From: Prochloraceae cyanobacterium
GTDB lineage: Bacteria > Cyanobacteriota > Cyanobacteriia > Cyanobacteriales > JASJDA01
Length of the DNA stretch: 64,000 nt
Reading direction: 5' to 3'
Assembly (NCBI GenBank): GCA_030065755.1
Contig: JASJDA010000019.1
Coordinates: forward strand, 233-64,232
The notes under the pieces were generated by a model. The model saw only the letters and a list, made by a program, of their open reading frames with translations, did not search any database and was not told the DNA's origin. The position numbers and the translations under genes are program-made. Positions within the stretch are counted from its first letter, which is position 1. Each line of letters begins with the position of its first letter. Shown piece by piece: positions 1-9,438 of the stretch.

Positions 1-6
1 TAAATT

Positions 7-48
7 CTACTCGTTACTCGTTACTCGTTACTCATTACTCGTTACTCC
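7..48. repeat. Tandem heptamer array, TTACTCG-type x6 (STRR-like)
   Basis: Read directly: ctactcg ttactcg ttactcg ttactca ttactcg ttactcc. Confidence 0.9.
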
Positions 49-110
49 CTCGCAGCAATTGGTACTTTTGCAAGAGGTCTATTTAAGATTGCTACACTTC
101 GGTTAGGAAA

Positions 111-138
111 GGCAACAGGCAATAGGCAATAGGCAATA
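111..138. repeat. Tandem heptamer array, GGCAATA-type x4
   Basis: Read directly: ggcaaca ggcaata ggcaata ggcaata. Confidence 0.9.
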
Positions 139-206
139 GATTCGGATAATTGATGTGTAGCAGTATTTTTTGAAATTGGTATAAGTTGAAGCAACCCGAT
201 CGCCTT

Positions 207-710
207 TCATCTGCGATCGCCACCAGTGGTTATTGAGCAGTTACATTGGTTTAATTCTCGTTCAGTAGTTCCAAATGTTCTTCTAAAATATCTATCCCTA
301 AGTCTCTGCCTTTTCCAAGGTCTAGAATATCTACCCCTACTTCTGAGAGTTCTCCAAGATTGAGGTTGTTCAATGCTTTCTAAACTACTGTCTGGAGAAG
401 AATATGAATAGGGACTTCTAGGACTGCTAAGGAGAATAGAGTCAGGATTATTCTCTGAAGAATCTTTGCTCTCGGTAGAAGTTTCCGTATCTCGAGGGTT
501 AATGGATTCGTTAACAGTATTAGGAACCCTAGAAGAGGAGTGACCGCAAATAGAAGTTAGATCTACAGTTTGTTGAGATGAGTTAATCATATAACAACCT
601 GGATTCGTCTGAGCTATTGCTTTCTCAGTTAGACTTGTTAGAGTACCTAAACTGCAGATCCCAAAAGCGATCGCAATAGTAGCTTGAGGAAAATTGAAAT
701 TTTTATTCAT
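207..710 (-). CDS. Hypothetical secreted protein
   Basis: 167-aa ORF with a signal-like N-terminus (ATIAIAFGICSLGTLTSLTEKAIAQ). The body is Ser/Pro-rich and low-complexity with a basic tail. No recognisable domain. Confidence 0.4.
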   Translation of the reverse strand: MNKNFNFPQATIAIAFGICSLGTLTSLTEKAIAQTNPGCYMINSSQQTVDLTSICGHSSSRVPNTVNESINPRDTETSTESKDSSENNPDSILLSSPRSPYSYSSPDSSLESIEQPQSWRTLRSRGRYSRPWKRQRLRDRYFRRTFGTTERELNQCNCSITTGGDRR

Positions 711-862
711 AACAATCTAATCTCCTCAATTGAAACTCTTTTTTTTTGACGATTATGATAATTTAAGGCAGCCAAGGATATTGACTAAAATCACCATGCC
801 AAAAAATCTTTCTACCTTCACTCTAGCAATCATACGGGAGATAATAGTTACTAAAAACATAG

Positions 863-2113
863 TCAAATATAACATTGACAGAATTTAGCTTGACCAGGAG
901 TAATCCTGACAGGGCGAACTACAACGCCCTCTATCCCTCCATCAAAGATTGTTGGGATTACTTTTCGCATGATATTATAACTGCCGTTAACATCGGCATT
1001 AATTCTTGTGTTTTGTCCTTTAATTTTGTACGTACCTCTGGTTTCTCGATAGCCACTAAACTTAACCTGTTTAGCACTAGCATCGCCGTAGTTAGGAATG
1101 AAATCGCCAGACAAAAAACTAGCACGAGAAGTATAACTTTCTTCGGTTGTAATCACTTCAATTCCTTTCAATGTCCCCTTATAAACAAGCATCTCTACAA
1201 AGCGAGCATGAGGAATCGACACAAAAGATTGATTATTCTTTTTGCCGTTGTTTACTGACTGTTTCCACAACGGATTTTGACCAATAATTAACTGGCTAAT
1301 GCCCCGAGAATCTAAATAGTTAATTATCCATCTAGAGGCTTGATGGAGGTAACTATCTACTCGATTGTTTCGCTTGGCTGTTAATCTTTGAATCCGGCGG
1401 GAAGTTGCTTTTTTACCTCGTAACTTTGACTGAAACTTGCTTTTATTTTTGTTATAGAACTGATTTAAACTCTTTAATGGTCGTCCGTTAACCAGAATAG
1501 GTATAAAACCTATTTGGTTTGATGTTAACGTCGCTAAATTGTCTACTCCAATATCTATCGCTGCTACTAGTTCTGGGTTGGTTACTGTGTGGTGTTCATC
1601 TTGATTGTAAACTATTTCAATTACATACTGCCCTACTTGGGGAATAATCCGAGCTTGAGCTATGTTTTTGGCAATAGTTGTCACCGTAATATCTGTGCCA
1701 GATAATTTAACGATTCCGTGTTTTAATCCAGTTTTGCTAATAGCCTGAATAGTGTAAATCAGTAAGTTACGCCCTTTAATTTTGTGTTTATATTTAGGTA
1801 ATTTTGGTCGACCAGTAAACTTATCGGGATTTTCTTGATAAGCTTTATTGGCTTCAAAAAAAGACTTCCAATTTTTATCTAACACTCTCAGGACTTGTTG
1901 ACTTACTTTTCTCGGTAGAGCTTGATAGTCTGGCTGGTCTTTTACTAAATGATAAACCTGATTAAACCCCAGATAAACTTTCTCAAAGATAAATGACTGA
2001 CGAATTAAATAGTTGGCATAGTTGTAAAGATTTTTAGAGAGAAAACACAAGTTGTCGATCTGTTTCCAGAGCGGACTAGTTTCTTTAACTATATGTCTTT
2101 CAACTTGCCTCAT
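863..2113 (-). CDS. tnpB: IS200/IS605-family TnpB (OrfB) RNA-guided endonuclease, solo copy with no tnpA
   Basis: 416-aa ORF with RuvC-like motifs AAIDIGVDN (D), ITTEESYTS (E) and INADVNGSYNI (D). It belongs to the YTSxxSFL / INADVNG subtype of OrfB proteins. Confidence 0.88.
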   Translation of the reverse strand: MRQVERHIVKETSPLWKQIDNLCFLSKNLYNYANYLIRQSFIFEKVYLGFNQVYHLVKDQPDYQALPRKVSQQVLRVLDKNWKSFFEANKAYQENPDKFTGRPKLPKYKHKIKGRNLLIYTIQAISKTGLKHGIVKLSGTDITVTTIAKNIAQARIIPQVGQYVIEIVYNQDEHHTVTNPELVAAIDIGVDNLATLTSNQIGFIPILVNGRPLKSLNQFYNKNKSKFQSKLRGKKATSRRIQRLTAKRNNRVDSYLHQASRWIINYLDSRGISQLIIGQNPLWKQSVNNGKKNNQSFVSIPHARFVEMLVYKGTLKGIEVITTEESYTSRASFLSGDFIPNYGDASAKQVKFSGYRETRGTYKIKGQNTRINADVNGSYNIMRKVIPTIFDGGIEGVVVRPVRITPGQAKFCQCYI

Positions 2114-2253
2114 TTTTTTCTCTTTAAATTGACACTAGTATTATCTCATATAATGAGATTTAGTTATTGAGATATTTGACAATATTCAAACACATTTGAC
2201 TACATTTACGTTAAATGTTTATGAGACATTCCACAGGACGAGACTCCGCTCAG

Positions 2254-2308
2254 CTAATAAAGAGGTTTGACAATAAGCTAAAGCCACATTCTCAAACCTC
2301 TTTATTAG
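2254..2308. repeat. Perfect 16-bp inverted repeat (hairpin, 23-nt loop) between the TPM gene 3' end and the tnpB 5' end
   Basis: ctaataaagaggtttg (2254-2269) is the exact reverse complement of caaacctctttattag (2293-2308). It could be the IS left-end subterminal palindrome or a U-tract-less terminator. Confidence 0.6.
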
Positions 2309-2374
2309 AATTTCCTGTTATTTTGCAGGGGAGTGTTTAACTCCGCATATCTAATACCTATACATACCTATTTT

Positions 2375-3184
2375 TTATGTCCCTTCTTCTCTGGTAGGTC
2401 GATCGATCATTGGGGATAAATAAGCTACTAAAGCACCTAAGATAAAGCCCATGACGTTGCGAAATAGAGGCAACCAATCAGTGGTACGGGTAACAACTGG
2501 CCCTATGCCGAAAGATATAAATAAAATTGCCCATAGAGGGGATATAATTAAAGCCCACTGCCAAGCAAATACTTGACCTGACTTGCGCGGAATACCGGCA
2601 AATCCAAGTATGACCCCGCCTACTATTGAGGTAATTAGAGTGAAAATCCACTGTTCTTTTGGCAGTCCAGGAACGACCTGACAACCGCCCTTAACCAAAC
2701 AGTCTTTTACTGTTTCAAGAGAATCAACAATAGCGTTGTTTTCTCCACGATCGCGGACATAGTAGAGATTGCCGAAGCGAGTTTGCAACTCAATCCAGAA
2801 AGTACGAGGTAGTAATTCATAGACATCATCGCCAATACTAAAGGCAAGTAGATTGCCTCCTCTACCGTCTGCAACTAGCAGGATGCTCTTATCGTCTAGA
2901 CCCCAATATTTGATTACTGCTCTACCAGGAGTGCGATCGTATTGAGTTAAAATTCGCAATTTCCAGCCTGTTTGTGCCTGAAAGTTGTCTATTTCTTTAA
3001 TCAGGGATTCTTCCTGTACTTTGGGCAGGTAATTAGCTAAATCTACGATCGGAGTCTCGGTGTCGGGCAATAACTCAGGGTTATTATACGCCCAGGCTGC
3101 TGATGGGGCAATGAACCAGGTCGATAAGCTAAGACAAACTACTCCTAGAAACACTAGAAGTTTTCGAGCAAAATTATTCTGCAT
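2375..3184 (-). CDS. TPM domain-containing protein (TLP18.3/Psb32-like), membrane anchored
   Basis: Signal peptide, then a TPM-type region (IVDLANYLP...IDNFQAQTGWKLRILT...ILLVADGRGGN), then C-terminal TM helices. ATG at 3184 is preferred over the TTG at 3217 used in the ORF track. Confidence 0.8.
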   Translation of the reverse strand: MQNNFARKLLVFLGVVCLSLSTWFIAPSAAWAYNNPELLPDTETPIVDLANYLPKVQEESLIKEIDNFQAQTGWKLRILTQYDRTPGRAVIKYWGLDDKSILLVADGRGGNLLAFSIGDDVYELLPRTFWIELQTRFGNLYYVRDRGENNAIVDSLETVKDCLVKGGCQVVPGLPKEQWIFTLITSIVGGVILGFAGIPRKSGQVFAWQWALIISPLWAILFISFGIGPVVTRTTDWLPLFRNVMGFILGALVAYLSPMIDRPTREEGT

Positions 3185-3321
3185 GGCTTTCTGTACTAAA
3201 AACTGAAAATTTAACAAGGTTGATTTAATAAAAAATATTTTTTCTTTACACTTCGTTACTATATTTTAAGGTTATTAATCGAAAAAAAAACGGCAATGTG
3301 CCTATTTTCTGAAATTTTTCT

Positions 3322-3822
3322 TTAGTAGTTGGGGTTTTGTTCCGATTCAGAGAGCTCGCGAGCCACAGGTGAAGTCCAATTAACTTCTGGGTTGGTGGGT
3401 GGTTCTAGCTCAATTGGCTCAGGAGTGTCTAAATGTCTTGGAGCTGAGGTATTGTTCCAAGTAGTCCAAGCTGCTTTGAGACCTGCAACAAAACTACGAG
3501 TCCCAACTTCTAATTTTTTGACTTGGTTTTTGGTACCTGTAACGCTACGATCGACTTGTTTGACGACTGAGGTCGCACTTTTTACTCCTTCATTAACTTC
3601 ATCAGTTAATTCGCTAATTTCTAATCCTGTCAAACGAATCGCCTCTAAAGTAGCTGGAAATTCCTTTCTGAGAGTATCAAATAATTTTTCAGCACTGCGA
3701 GCAGCACGAGACAACTCTTGCAGAGCTGGTAATGCTGTAATTACAACTACTGTTAAACTAACTGCTACTAAAAAAGTAGACAGTCCGAGCCAAAATAAGG
3801 GATCTATCTCGCTATCTGTCAT
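3322..3822 (-). CDS. DUF948-like membrane protein
   Basis: N-terminal TM helix followed by a coiled region (ALPALQELSRAARSAEKLFDTLRKEFPATLEAIRLTGLEISELTDEV), typical of cyanobacterial DUF948 proteins. Confidence 0.7.
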   Translation of the reverse strand: MTDSEIDPLFWLGLSTFLVAVSLTVVVITALPALQELSRAARSAEKLFDTLRKEFPATLEAIRLTGLEISELTDEVNEGVKSATSVVKQVDRSVTGTKNQVKKLEVGTRSFVAGLKAAWTTWNNTSAPRHLDTPEPIELEPPTNPEVNWTSPVARELSESEQNPNY

Positions 3823-3825
3823 TTA

Positions 3826-4176
3826 TCAAAGATTATCGGAGATTGAGGAATTAGAATTAGGAGAAATCTCGCGAGAGCGTTGGATTTGTTCGGCTTCTAG
3901 CTGACTTGCTTCAACACCCGCAGCGATCGATTCTTTGAGTCTACTGAGAGTATCGTCCCAGTTACGCACTGCTGATTCTGACAAGCGATCGGCTTGCAAT
4001 TGTACGCTAGTTGATAAATCCTCGGCTAACTGAGGTAAAGCATCGGCAGATTTTTTGAGTATCTTTCGAGTGTCTTTACCGCTGCGAGGAGCAACCAATA
4101 ATCCTATTACAGTACCTAGGGCGCCACCTAAAAGCATTCCCCCAATAAATAGACTAGTGTTATTTGTTTTTGACAT
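3826..4176 (-). CDS. YtxH domain-containing protein
   Basis: Gly-rich TM N-terminus with the LVAPRSGKDTRKILKK motif, characteristic of YtxH-like proteins. Confidence 0.75.
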   Translation of the reverse strand: MSKTNNTSLFIGGMLLGGALGTVIGLLVAPRSGKDTRKILKKSADALPQLAEDLSTSVQLQADRLSESAVRNWDDTLSRLKESIAAGVEASQLEAEQIQRSREISPNSNSSISDNL

Positions 4177-4229
4177 TTTCTCACCTCTATTGCCTTAAAA
4201 CAATTGTATGCAGATTTCTGCTATGGGTA

Positions 4230-4631
4230 TCAATTTACCCTTGCTTTTTGGGAAATTAGTTGGTCGTCATAGTCTAACCAAGCATTTATAGGCTGTTCTT
4301 TTGTTAGTTTTCTTATCTGTTGGATATATCTGCTTTGTCTGTATTGTCCCTGGTAAATTTTATATACCAAACTCACAATTGTTATTATTATTCTAATTTG
4401 CCGCAGTTGCAAATTAAGTTGGCGATACCTTTTTTTGAGATTGCGAGTAGCTATTTGACCAGGGGCGAGTGCATAAGGAGCAATATATAAAATTTGGGCA
4501 CTGATGCGATCGAGTGCGATTAAAATATCAGCTATGCTAGCTAATGCTTGCCGCATTTGCCAAATTTTCCAGGCTATAAATGAGTTTATTAGGGTGATAA
4601 ACAAATTACAAATAACCACGAACACTAACAT
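4230..4631 (-). CDS. Hypothetical membrane protein
   Basis: 133-aa ORF with an N-terminal TM helix. It is co-oriented with the YtxH and DUF948 genes. No recognisable domain. Confidence 0.5.
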   Translation of the reverse strand: MLVFVVICNLFITLINSFIAWKIWQMRQALASIADILIALDRISAQILYIAPYALAPGQIATRNLKKRYRQLNLQLRQIRIIITIVSLVYKIYQGQYRQSRYIQQIRKLTKEQPINAWLDYDDQLISQKARVN

Positions 4632-4683
4632 TTCCCTATCCTCTATAACCCTGTATAACTATAAATAATAACTATTGTTTCCT

Positions 4684-5937
4684 ATGGAAATACTCTGTAT
4701 CAGCAATGGTCACGGAGAAGACGCGATCGCTTTCAATATTCTCCAACAATTACAGCAATATCCTCAAGCACCCAATTTGGCTGTATTACCTTTAGTCGGG
4801 GAAGGAATTGCTTATACACAATTAAATATACCTGTTATCGGTAAGGTACAGAAAATGCCTTCTGGCGGCTTTATTAATAGGGATGGGTATCAACTTTGGC
4901 GAGACTTACGAAGTGGTCTAATTGGGCTAAGTTTAGCTCAATATCAGGTGATTCGTAAATGGGGACAAAATGGAGGAAAAATTCTGGCTGTAGGGGATAT
5001 TGTACCTCTTTTATTTGCTTGGTTGAGTGGTACAGATTACGTTTTTGTAGGTACGGCAAAGTCACAATATTATTTACGGGATGAAACTGGCTGGTTGTCT
5101 GAAACTTCTTGGTTAGAGCGTGAATTTGGGTCGGTTTATTATCCTTGGGAAACTTGGTTGATGAGCGATCGACGTTGCAAGGCTGTTTTTCCCAGAGATA
5201 AGCTGACTGCTGAAATTTTACAACAGCGATCGATTCGTGCCTTTGCTCTAGGCAATCCCATGATGGACGGATTTGTATTTTCTGAGGCAGAAAAGTCCCT
5301 AGATTTCCAACAGCAACGATCTCTATCAATACTTCTCCTTCCTGGTTCTAGAGTACCAGAAGCTCATCGCAATTGGCAAAAAATAATAAAAGCAATAGAA
5401 GGAATATTTTCTGTATTCACCGATACTAAATTGATATTTTTAGGAGCGATTTCTCCTGGTTTAAATATTGCCCCTTTTCGCGAATATCTCCTAGTTAAAG
5501 GCTGGAATGATGAATCTCAAAATTCAGTTGAGATGCCAATTGAAGATTCTAAAGCTGTTGCTTTTACCCAGAAAAATGGAGTATTAATTTTAACTCAAAA
5601 TGCTTATAAGAAATGTTTGAGAATTGCTGAAGTGGCGATCGCTATGGCGGGGACAGCAACAGAACAATTTGTGGGGTTAGGAAAACCAGCGATCGCTATT
5701 CCAGGAAGTGGCCCGCAATTTACTTATAATTTTGCTAAAGAGCAAACTCGTCTATTGGGTTGTTCTGTAATTTTAGTAGAAAATCCAACCAAAGTAGGAA
5801 ATGTTATTAAATCCGTGTTGTCAGATTCTCAAAGAATGAAGGCGATCGCACTTAATGGCAAAGAAAAGATGGGCACTTCTGGGGCAGGTGCTAGAATTGC
5901 TAACTGTGTGATGGAAAAGTTTTCTCTTGTTACGTAG
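4684..5937 (+). CDS. Lipid-A-disaccharide synthase-related protein (LpxB-like glycosyltransferase fold)
   Basis: N-terminus MEILCISNGHGEDAIA and C-terminal AMAGTATEQFVGLGKP resemble the cyanobacterial LpxB-related family. ATG at 4684 is preferred over the TTG at 4675. Confidence 0.75.
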   Translation: MEILCISNGHGEDAIAFNILQQLQQYPQAPNLAVLPLVGEGIAYTQLNIPVIGKVQKMPSGGFINRDGYQLWRDLRSGLIGLSLAQYQVIRKWGQNGGKILAVGDIVPLLFAWLSGTDYVFVGTAKSQYYLRDETGWLSETSWLEREFGSVYYPWETWLMSDRRCKAVFPRDKLTAEILQQRSIRAFALGNPMMDGFVFSEAEKSLDFQQQRSLSILLLPGSRVPEAHRNWQKIIKAIEGIFSVFTDTKLIFLGAISPGLNIAPFREYLLVKGWNDESQNSVEMPIEDSKAVAFTQKNGVLILTQNAYKKCLRIAEVAIAMAGTATEQFVGLGKPAIAIPGSGPQFTYNFAKEQTRLLGCSVILVENPTKVGNVIKSVLSDSQRMKAIALNGKEKMGTSGAGARIANCVMEKFSLVT

Positions 5938-5943
5938 CTAATC

Positions 5944-6078
5944 TTATGAATGATTAAATTCTCTTACAATTTGGAAATACTCGCAATAATCTTTAAACCT
6001 TTCATTGACTTCTTCAGCTTTCAAATCGAACTGTTCTAGAGAATAGCGATGAACGCCATGTTTGTGCTGGCGACTTTC
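5944..6078 (-). pseudogene. Possible orphan C-terminal remnant of a sulfotransferase-family gene
   Basis: A 44-codon frame bounded by stops reads ESRQHKHGVHRYSLEQFDLKAEEVNERFKDYCEYFQIVREFNHS. It resembles the conserved C-terminal tail of sulfotransferase-family proteins. It has no start codon. Confidence 0.3.
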
Positions 6079-6097
6079 TTAATGAGTTTAATTTTAT

Positions 6098-6895
6098 TCA
6101 AGAAATAGCTAATATCAGTGCTGAATAAATTACAGTACCAAACGTAAAAGACCAAAAACAACTTTGTTTACTTTCAGGAAGTTCTTCTTTAAGTACATTG
6201 AGGATAATTCCTCCAGCAACTAGACCCCACAAAATGGCAATAAAGGCTTCATTCAAATAAACAGCTTCTGCCATAATCCAACCTAACACTAAAGCTCCTG
6301 CTAAAATCCAACGTCCAATTTTGTCATAAGATCTTTTATGATGTATTCGCAAGCTGTGGTCGTTAATTAAAAAGTGAAGTGCTAGTGCTATACAAAGTAA
6401 TATTGCATTCACTAAACCATTTTTTTCTGTATTATTTAATAAGTCTCCAATAAGAATATTATAAATAGCAAAAGAGCCGATGTGAATCCAAAAAACATTC
6501 ATACTGGTACAATCTTCTCTTCCTGCTTCTCGGTTCAATCGACAAGATTTTTGAACTAATATTTCTAGACCATAAAATACGGTTAAACCCACTAAAGCTA
6601 AAATATAAATATGCTTTTCTAAATACTGAACTACTGCACCGCCATAATGTTCAATTTCTGTTTGTGCTTTGTTCAACTCTGGTAAAACTTCTAGAAAAAC
6701 ATAGGCAAGAGAAACCCCTGCGGCCAAAGAAAGCCAACGAGATTTAGGAAGAATTTTTTCAATCCAGTTTAATTTGCCAATAAAGATATGCAATAAAGCC
6801 AGAGCGATAGTAAAAAAAATGTAGAGCAGTTTAAGAAAAGGACTAATAGTATGGGATACTGTTTCGTGAATTTCTAATAAAAAATATAGATTCAT
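6098..6895 (-). CDS. Polytopic integral membrane protein (possibly a ZIP-like metal transporter)
   Basis: 265 aa with about 8 hydrophobic segments. His/Asp/Glu-containing TM motifs (HFLINDHSL, LKEELPE) weakly suggest a cation transporter. Confidence 0.5.
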   Translation of the reverse strand: MNLYFLLEIHETVSHTISPFLKLLYIFFTIALALLHIFIGKLNWIEKILPKSRWLSLAAGVSLAYVFLEVLPELNKAQTEIEHYGGAVVQYLEKHIYILALVGLTVFYGLEILVQKSCRLNREAGREDCTSMNVFWIHIGSFAIYNILIGDLLNNTEKNGLVNAILLCIALALHFLINDHSLRIHHKRSYDKIGRWILAGALVLGWIMAEAVYLNEAFIAILWGLVAGGIILNVLKEELPESKQSCFWSFTFGTVIYSALILAIS

Positions 6896-6964
6896 AGATT
6901 TGCTATTTGCTATTTGTTATTTTCCTCGTCTCCTCCTGCTCCCCCTGCTCATAAGCGTTTCAGC

Positions 6965-7621
6965 TTATCTTAGTGGCATTCCGCTATAGCCTTCATCTCC
7001 TGGGGACATTCCTACGCCGATCGAAGCTGGTTCGCCTTTTATCGTGTAGGAAACCTCGATAAGGGTTGCTATATCAAAATGATAGGGCCAAATACGAACG
7101 GGAGATGCACCTTTGGTATTAGTAACTATTTCTTGAAGTAAAAGATTAGTGTTGGCGAAATAATTAGCTAATTCTTGAAATTCTGCTTTTTGACTGCCAT
7201 CAAATGTTCGACCGCGAGCCAGAGGAGAATCGGGAAAATCATCGGGATAGGAAACAAAGGTAAGTTTTTCGACATCTGCTCCTAAAGGGTAAATTTCTGT
7301 TTTGAGCCAGTTCATTCCCTCATCCATTGTTTTGCGATCGAGAGATAATTCCGATCGCTTCTTCCCTCGATCGTCCAATATTATTGAGGTTAAACTAACA
7401 GGTTCTAGGGCAACTTGAAATGGTTGTTCCGCGGCCACAGTACCGCTAACAAAACAATTTAAATCGTAATTCCAAGTCAAACTTATATGACTCGTATCTG
7501 CTTTGGGTTCGGTTAAAAAATTGCCTACAGCAACTGCAAATTGAATTGCATAGTGTAATTGCAGTCGAGATTCAGTTAAAGATTTAGGAGCAATGTCTCC
7601 TACTTTTTGCCAATTATTCAC
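6965..7621 (-). CDS. Hypothetical conserved protein
   Basis: 218-aa ORF with compositionally normal coding sequence. The C-terminus ends abruptly next to a repeat tract, so it may be truncated. Confidence 0.5.
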   Translation of the reverse strand: MNNWQKVGDIAPKSLTESRLQLHYAIQFAVAVGNFLTEPKADTSHISLTWNYDLNCFVSGTVAAEQPFQVALEPVSLTSIILDDRGKKRSELSLDRKTMDEGMNWLKTEIYPLGADVEKLTFVSYPDDFPDSPLARGRTFDGSQKAEFQELANYFANTNLLLQEIVTNTKGASPVRIWPYHFDIATLIEVSYTIKGEPASIGVGMSPGDEGYSGMPLR

Positions 7622-7827
7622 GATTGTTTTATTCCTTTGATTTGAACTTTATGAAAATAGCGAAAATCGATAACGATCGAGATGAAACTAACTAATAAAA
7701 ATCCTATTCCTAGTAAGAATAGTAATAACGCGGAGGTTGTTAACCAAGTAGAATCTGTTGCCATTGCACAAGCAATGGCGAACATACTGAGTAGAAAAAT
7801 GCAAATAGCGATGTAAATCAACTCCAT
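7618..7827 (-). CDS. Small hypothetical membrane protein
   Basis: Two TM helices from MELIYIAICIFLLSMFAIA. The longer ORF-track version (to 8049) reads through repeat arrays and is unlikely to be real. Confidence 0.4.
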   Translation of the reverse strand: MELIYIAICIFLLSMFAIACAMATDSTWLTTSALLLFLLGIGFLLVSFISIVIDFRYFHKVQIKGIKQS

Positions 7828-7852
7828 CGAGTTGTGTAAATCTTTCTTTGAA

Positions 7853-7896
7853 GGAGAGGGGGAGAGGGGGAGATGGGGGAGTGTGGGGAGACTGGG
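7853..7896. repeat. G-rich tandem octamer array (NGGGGAGA family)
   Basis: Read directly: gagggggagagggggagatgggggagtgtggggagactgggg. Confidence 0.85.
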
Positions 7897-8016
7897 GTCC
7901 AATGATTCTATTTTTAATGAGGGAGTCCTTAACGATAACTTATCTGTTGAGGTAAATAGCTTAACTACAAATGAGGACTCCCTCATTAAAAATAAAGACA
8001 TCCTTCGGGGAGAATA

Positions 8017-8075
8017 ACAAATAGCAAACAGCCAACAGCCAACAGCCAACAGCTAACAGCCAACAGCTAACAGCA
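8017..8075. repeat. Tandem heptamer array, AACAGCY family (STRR-like)
   Basis: Read directly: aacaaat agcaaac agccaac agccaac agccaac agctaac agccaac agctaac agcaatt. Confidence 0.9.
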
Positions 8076-8076
8076 A

Positions 8077-9438
8077 TTAAATATCGAGTACTACCTTTTC
8101 AGTCTTGGGTTTAGCAATACAAATCAAGACTGTCCCTTCATCTGGGGTTCCGGTTGGGGGTTCTTCATACTCTATTTCTCCCTCTTCAATTCGACACATA
8201 CAAGTCAAACAAATTCCTGCGCGACAACTGTTGGGAGGATTAATGCCATTGTCTTCAGCAAATTCTAAAATAGTTCCATCATTACTTTGCCAAGTTGCAG
8301 TTTTTCCAGATTGAGCAAAAACTACTTCTTTACCTTCGCTGGTATCTTTAGTTTCAGTCTTTTTCTTTTCAGAAACTTTGCTGCTACCTTTGCTAAATGA
8401 TTCAAAAAAGACTCTCTCTTCTAGTACTCCTAATTCTGCTAATCCTTCTCTGAGGGAGGTGAGAAACGCAGGAGACCCGCAGAGGAAATATTCAGCATCA
8501 GTAGAACCATAGATGTTTTTAATCTCAGGTAAGATGGAATCTTTTATTAGAGTGGCATCTACATAACCATTACTTTGATAATGTCCCTCGTCTTCTGGTT
8601 GGGGACGACTGTAGCGGTAGTGGACTTTTAATTGAGAGTTTTGTTGCGCGATCGCCAGTACTTCGTCGCGGAAAGCGTGATATTGACCGTTTCTCGCACC
8701 GTGTACGAACCATACATTTTTGGAAGGGTTAAGGAGACTAGAAGCTTTTGCCATTGCTATCATCGGTGTAATCCCCACACCATTACTAATTAGTACCGCA
8801 GGTAAGGATTTATTTACGTCTATATAAAATTTGCCGTTGGGTGGTTTAGCGGGAATAATAGAACCTTCTTCAATGCGATCGTGCATAAAATTAGAAGCTA
8901 TCCCAGGTGGTACGTCTAACCCTTTAGGTGCTAATTCTCGCTTAATAGAAAGACGGTAGTACTGGTTTGGTTCGTTGCGATCGGAGAGAGAATAGGTACG
9001 AATTACTGGTCTTTGTTGAGATGGAATATCTAGTTTAATAGTTAGAAATTGACCTGGTTTGAAATTAGGAATTTCCTCTTTATCTTCAGGTTCAAGATAA
9101 AATGACGTGATTTCTTCACTTTCTTTAACTTTGCGCGTCACGACAAAATTACGCCAATCCTGCCAAACTTTTTTGTCAGTAACAGTATCTTGTTTTTGGT
9201 CAGTTTTTTTAGCTGTCTTGGTTTTATCTGTGGGTATTATCAACCCAAATACAGCACCAGCCGCAGTCCCGATTAAAGAAGCATATACGCCTAATTTATA
9301 AACAGATTTCTCATTTCGCTCGGATTTAGCTAGGTCAATGACTACCGAGCCAACGATCGTTACTATTGCAAACGATGTCACAGCAGATATAACACTTTTG
9401 AGTATTGGGTTTTGAATTTTTCTTAAACTAGAAAACAT
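8077..9438 (-). CDS. Membrane-anchored FNR-type FAD/NAD(P)-binding oxidoreductase with a C-terminal plant-type 2Fe-2S ferredoxin domain
   Basis: Two N-terminal TM helices. FAD motif RTYSLSD and an NAD-binding region (LISNGVGITP). 2Fe-2S ligand pattern CRAGICLTC...C near the C-terminus. Confidence 0.8.
   Translation of the reverse strand: MFSSLRKIQNPILKSVISAVTSFAIVTIVGSVVIDLAKSERNEKSVYKLGVYASLIGTAAGAVFGLIIPTDKTKTAKKTDQKQDTVTDKKVWQDWRNFVVTRKVKESEEITSFYLEPEDKEEIPNFKPGQFLTIKLDIPSQQRPVIRTYSLSDRNEPNQYYRLSIKRELAPKGLDVPPGIASNFMHDRIEEGSIIPAKPPNGKFYIDVNKSLPAVLISNGVGITPMIAMAKASSLLNPSKNVWFVHGARNGQYHAFRDEVLAIAQQNSQLKVHYRYSRPQPEDEGHYQSNGYVDATLIKDSILPEIKNIYGSTDAEYFLCGSPAFLTSLREGLAELGVLEERVFFESFSKGSSKVSEKKKTETKDTSEGKEVVFAQSGKTATWQSNDGTILEFAEDNGINPPNSCRAGICLTCMCRIEEGEIEYEEPPTGTPDEGTVLICIAKPKTEKVVLDI

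Noticed and set aside
875-1258. 127-aa plus-strand ORF
   Set aside because: It lies entirely antisense within the well-supported tnpB CDS and has no domain features.
863-2113. Absence of the CxxC...CxxC zinc finger in the first TnpB, considered as a sign of inactivation
   Set aside because: From memory (not checked by any search), the YTSxxSFL / INADVNG subtype of OrfB proteins naturally lacks these cysteines. The RuvC triad is intact, so the missing cysteines alone do not indicate a dead copy.
3329-3904. 191-aa plus-strand ORF
   Set aside because: It is antisense to, and spans, two separate well-supported minus-strand genes (DUF948-like and YtxH). Its Ser/Leu-rich composition is typical of antisense frames.
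4874-5329. 151-aa minus-strand ORF
   Set aside because: It is antisense inside the LpxB-related CDS. No motifs.
7828-8049. N-terminal extension of the 143-aa ORF, and the 61-aa plus-strand ORF 7832-8017
   Set aside because: Both are translations of the G-rich octamer and heptamer arrays (LPTLPHLPLSPSPS / GEGERGRWGS). Only the distal 69-aa two-TM part looks like a gene.
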